Made by a program: the position numbers and the translations under genes
Shown here: in pieces, positions 61,540-64,000 of the stretch
Numbering within the stretch: the stretch's first letter is position 1
How the letters are laid out: the number at the start of each line of letters is the position of its first letter
From: Vermamoeba vermiformis
Lineage: Eukaryota
Length of the DNA stretch: 64,000 nucleotides
Direction of reading: 5' to 3'
Assembly (NCBI GenBank): GCA_045837725.1
Contig: JBEWZL010000215.1
Span: 186,001 to 250,000 of the forward strand
Notes under the pieces: model-generated
Told to the model about the DNA's origin: nothing
Databases searched by the model: none
Seen by the model: only the letters and a program-made list of their open reading frames with translations

Positions 61540-62647
61540 ATGAAGAGGAAAAATTCAGGAGGCGAAGATTCACCGTCAAAAAGAATTAAATCGAGTCATA
61601 CGGACACAGAAACAATACAAGAGCTAGATTTGCTTAGTCTTCCTGTGGATATTCACGCAATAATTTTTTTAAAAGTCCACACGAACGATGCAGGCAGATC
61701 ACGTCGAGTTTGCAAATATTTGAAAGAAGTGCTGGAAAATATTCCGGATTTGCGTTGGGCTTTTCTATTCCAATCAAATTTTGGCTTGCCAGAACGCGCA
61801 ATGCCTCCTAATGGTATCATATGGCGAAAACAATATAAATACTCCGTGTCAGTGCTCAAGAATCTTGTTTCAGTGAACGATATCACCCGAACCCGCGAGG
61901 TCGCATCTGACATTACAGATCTTGAAGCAGAACAATTCAAATTCAGCGATTTAGTAGAAATGTTAAACAAAATGACAGAAAGTGATCGAGAGAAAGCTAA
62001 GGAAGCAAAGTCAACTTGGGCTATTAGAGTCAGTTATTACAGATTGACGCAGCACTTGATCCGTCACGGAATCTTTGCAAATAATTCGAATTTTTTCCCT
62101 GTGACATTGAAACAAGGATATCAAGAGGTTCTGAACCGTTCTTTGGAATGAAGAAATGTACGATAAGGCAGATCTAGAACGATATTTCGGGTTGGCAATT
62201 TCTCGTGGATCTGATTGGTTTAATTGGGCCAAGATATTTATTCAAGCAGGAGCTACAGGTTATCAAGAGATCATGTATGCTCTTAAAGAAGATGACGCTG
62301 ATTTATTGGAAAAGTTATTGAAACTCGGCGTGAAACCTCACGAAGAGGCCATTCATGCAGCTGCGTCAAAACAAATATTGAAATTATTGCTAGATTACGG
62401 CGCAACGGACAATTTCCAAGAAACTTACGTGCCAGCTCAGTCAGACCATCAGCACTTCATGATGAACACTTGGTTCGTGCCTAAACAAAGCACGAAGTTC
62501 ATGTCGTTGATAGAAAGAGGTCAATATGCAATGGCAGAAATGTTGTTATTATCAGGCAAAGCTAAAGGCGTTGAAAAAGGTTTGGAGATCGCGCAACAAA
62601 AAAATGCAAAATTTGCCCAAGTTATTCTCGACTACTTACAACAATAG
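61540..62647 (+). CDS. Intronless F-box/ankyrin-like gene split by a +1 frame change at ~62150
   Basis: NLS-like MKRK..KRIK, F-box LLSLPVDIHAIIF..RRVCKYL, ankyrin-like KLLKLGV, AIHAAA..LLLDYGA in the second frame. Confidence 0.65.
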
Positions 62648-62750
62648 ATTTGTCGTTGATTCGTATTTTATTATGTATATAAATGTAGCATTAGTATTTA
62701 CAAATTCTTCGTTCCGATTTTATTTTGACGCGTGTCAAAGAAAGTCAACT

Positions 62751-63671
62751 TTAACGACGCTTTTTGTTATTATCTTGTGCGGCTTGAGGTACTAGCTTAT
62801 GGAAGAAAAATTGCAGTATCATAAAGGGTATTAGTAGTATAGAAAAGATAACTCGTAAGAACTTCTCTTCAAACGCTGCCGTGTCAAATTTCAAAGGCGC
62901 ATCTACCCACGCGTACTTCGTGCTCAATTGTGACGGGGCTATGATATCATCGTCGAAACTAGTTTCATCGTCGTGATCTTTCTTAAGTTCCTTAATCATA
63001 TCTACGACTTCTTGTTTGTGTCTTCTCATAGTTGGTGAGATCTCGCTGACAAGATCCAGAATTTTCTTCAGATCTGAAGCAACTTCAACCTTGCTCTCGG
63101 AGACGATAGGATTCTGTTCTAATATTGGCGTTTCTTCTACTACAGTCGTTGAGGCGGTGATTGGGGCGTTTGGAGAGGCTGGCACTTCTGTTTCAGGAAT
63201 AGATTCGTGTTCGCTAGGATGCAGACTTTCAATGATTTCTCCAATAGGACTGCCGTAGCCTATTTCTTCATATGGTTCTTCTTTAAATTGAACTTTTGAC
63301 GGCGTTTGGTTCAAAGTCTCGTCACTAGCGGATCTTTTTGTTGTTTTAGATCTGTTCGGTCTGAGTCCATCAGCGATCTTCCTCAAAGCCTCCTACATTG
63401 TGCGAGTTATTACAATATTTAAATAATAAATGACATCTTTTTGGTAAAGTCGAGAATTTACGGTCTGAAAACCAGATGCGCTTACCTTAACATTGGTGTA
63501 TGCCTTGCTCTTCTTGCTTGACTTGCCTGAGGGATACGGATAAGGATCAATATCAAGATGCTGCTTAGGCTCGTCTCTAGTCTTTTTACTGCCATGAGAC
63601 ATTGGATGATTATAACCGAATCTATTTACGTGAGGTGATCCGCGAAGAATAATTTGTTGAGGCGTTGTCAT
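62751..63671 (-). CDS. Hypothetical protein with a C-terminal hydrophobic segment; 2 exons
   Basis: ORFs 63393-63671 and 62751-63386 joined in frame by a GTAAGC...TAG intron; TM-like FLRVIFSILLIPFMILQFFF. Confidence 0.6.
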
Positions 63672-64000
63672 AACTTCTTAAGTACCCTGATGTGCTATTC
63701 GTTTAATAATTAGAATCAAGGAATGCTTATTGGAATCAGTGGAAGCAATCAATAAATACGATTGAATTTTCTCAGAATTTTTGTTGATTTTTGTACGTGC
63801 TAGCGAGATTGATACATAGACTTCTTGTATTGAACGAACGCTTATTGTTACTATACTACTTTATTGTTTGGAGATTTCAAATTTCAAGCTTGCTAACGCA
63901 TCCGGTGTCTACGTTAAGCATCCGGTTAACTTAACCACGCCAAATAAGTTCCTGCTTCAGTAGTATATCCAATAATGTTTTGACCTAGTTTTGCTCGGAT

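Noticed and set aside
1-64000. Transposons, CRISPR arrays, prophage or alternative genetic code
   Set aside because: No transposase/RT motifs, terminal repeats or spaced repeats seen; ORF fragmentation is explained by spliceosomal introns, and TAA, TAG and TGA all end conserved genes

Overview
Gene-dense, intron-rich nuclear DNA of a unicellular eukaryote using the standard genetic code. Introns are mostly 45-120 nt GT-AG with CTAAC/CTAAT branch sites. A Dictyostelium-like p22phox, a GRAM-PH-GRAM sterol glucosyltransferase, a MACPF protein and a U12 intron suggest an amoebozoan, but this is inference only. About 28 protein genes were reconstructed by hand: COQ1, CYBA, VPS35, a SelD-N-terminal-type FAD oxidoreductase, a FAM151/menorin-like protein, several F-box/LRR/ankyrin genes, MACPF, RCC1-BTB, PhyH-like, bHLH, KH-CCCH, ASNS, AMT, ATG26/UGT51-like, C2, saccharopine-dehydrogenase-like, TrpRS, an MRH-domain surface protein, MED8, LAS1 and an H3 variant. 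Most notable: (1) a tRNA-Arg(UCU) and a 5S rRNA gene each nested in an enlarged intron of a protein gene, with a shared downstream motif; (2) a U12-type minor intron in VPS35; (3) two aegerolysin/Cry34-like repeats fused to the sterol glucosyltransferase; (4) a stand-alone MACPF with a convertase-site insert in its second hairpin; (5) a recurring intronic palindrome TGACACGTGTCA; (6) an H3 variant with CenH3-like core substitutions. Exon boundaries and family assignments come from manual reading and recalled motifs, not database searches.
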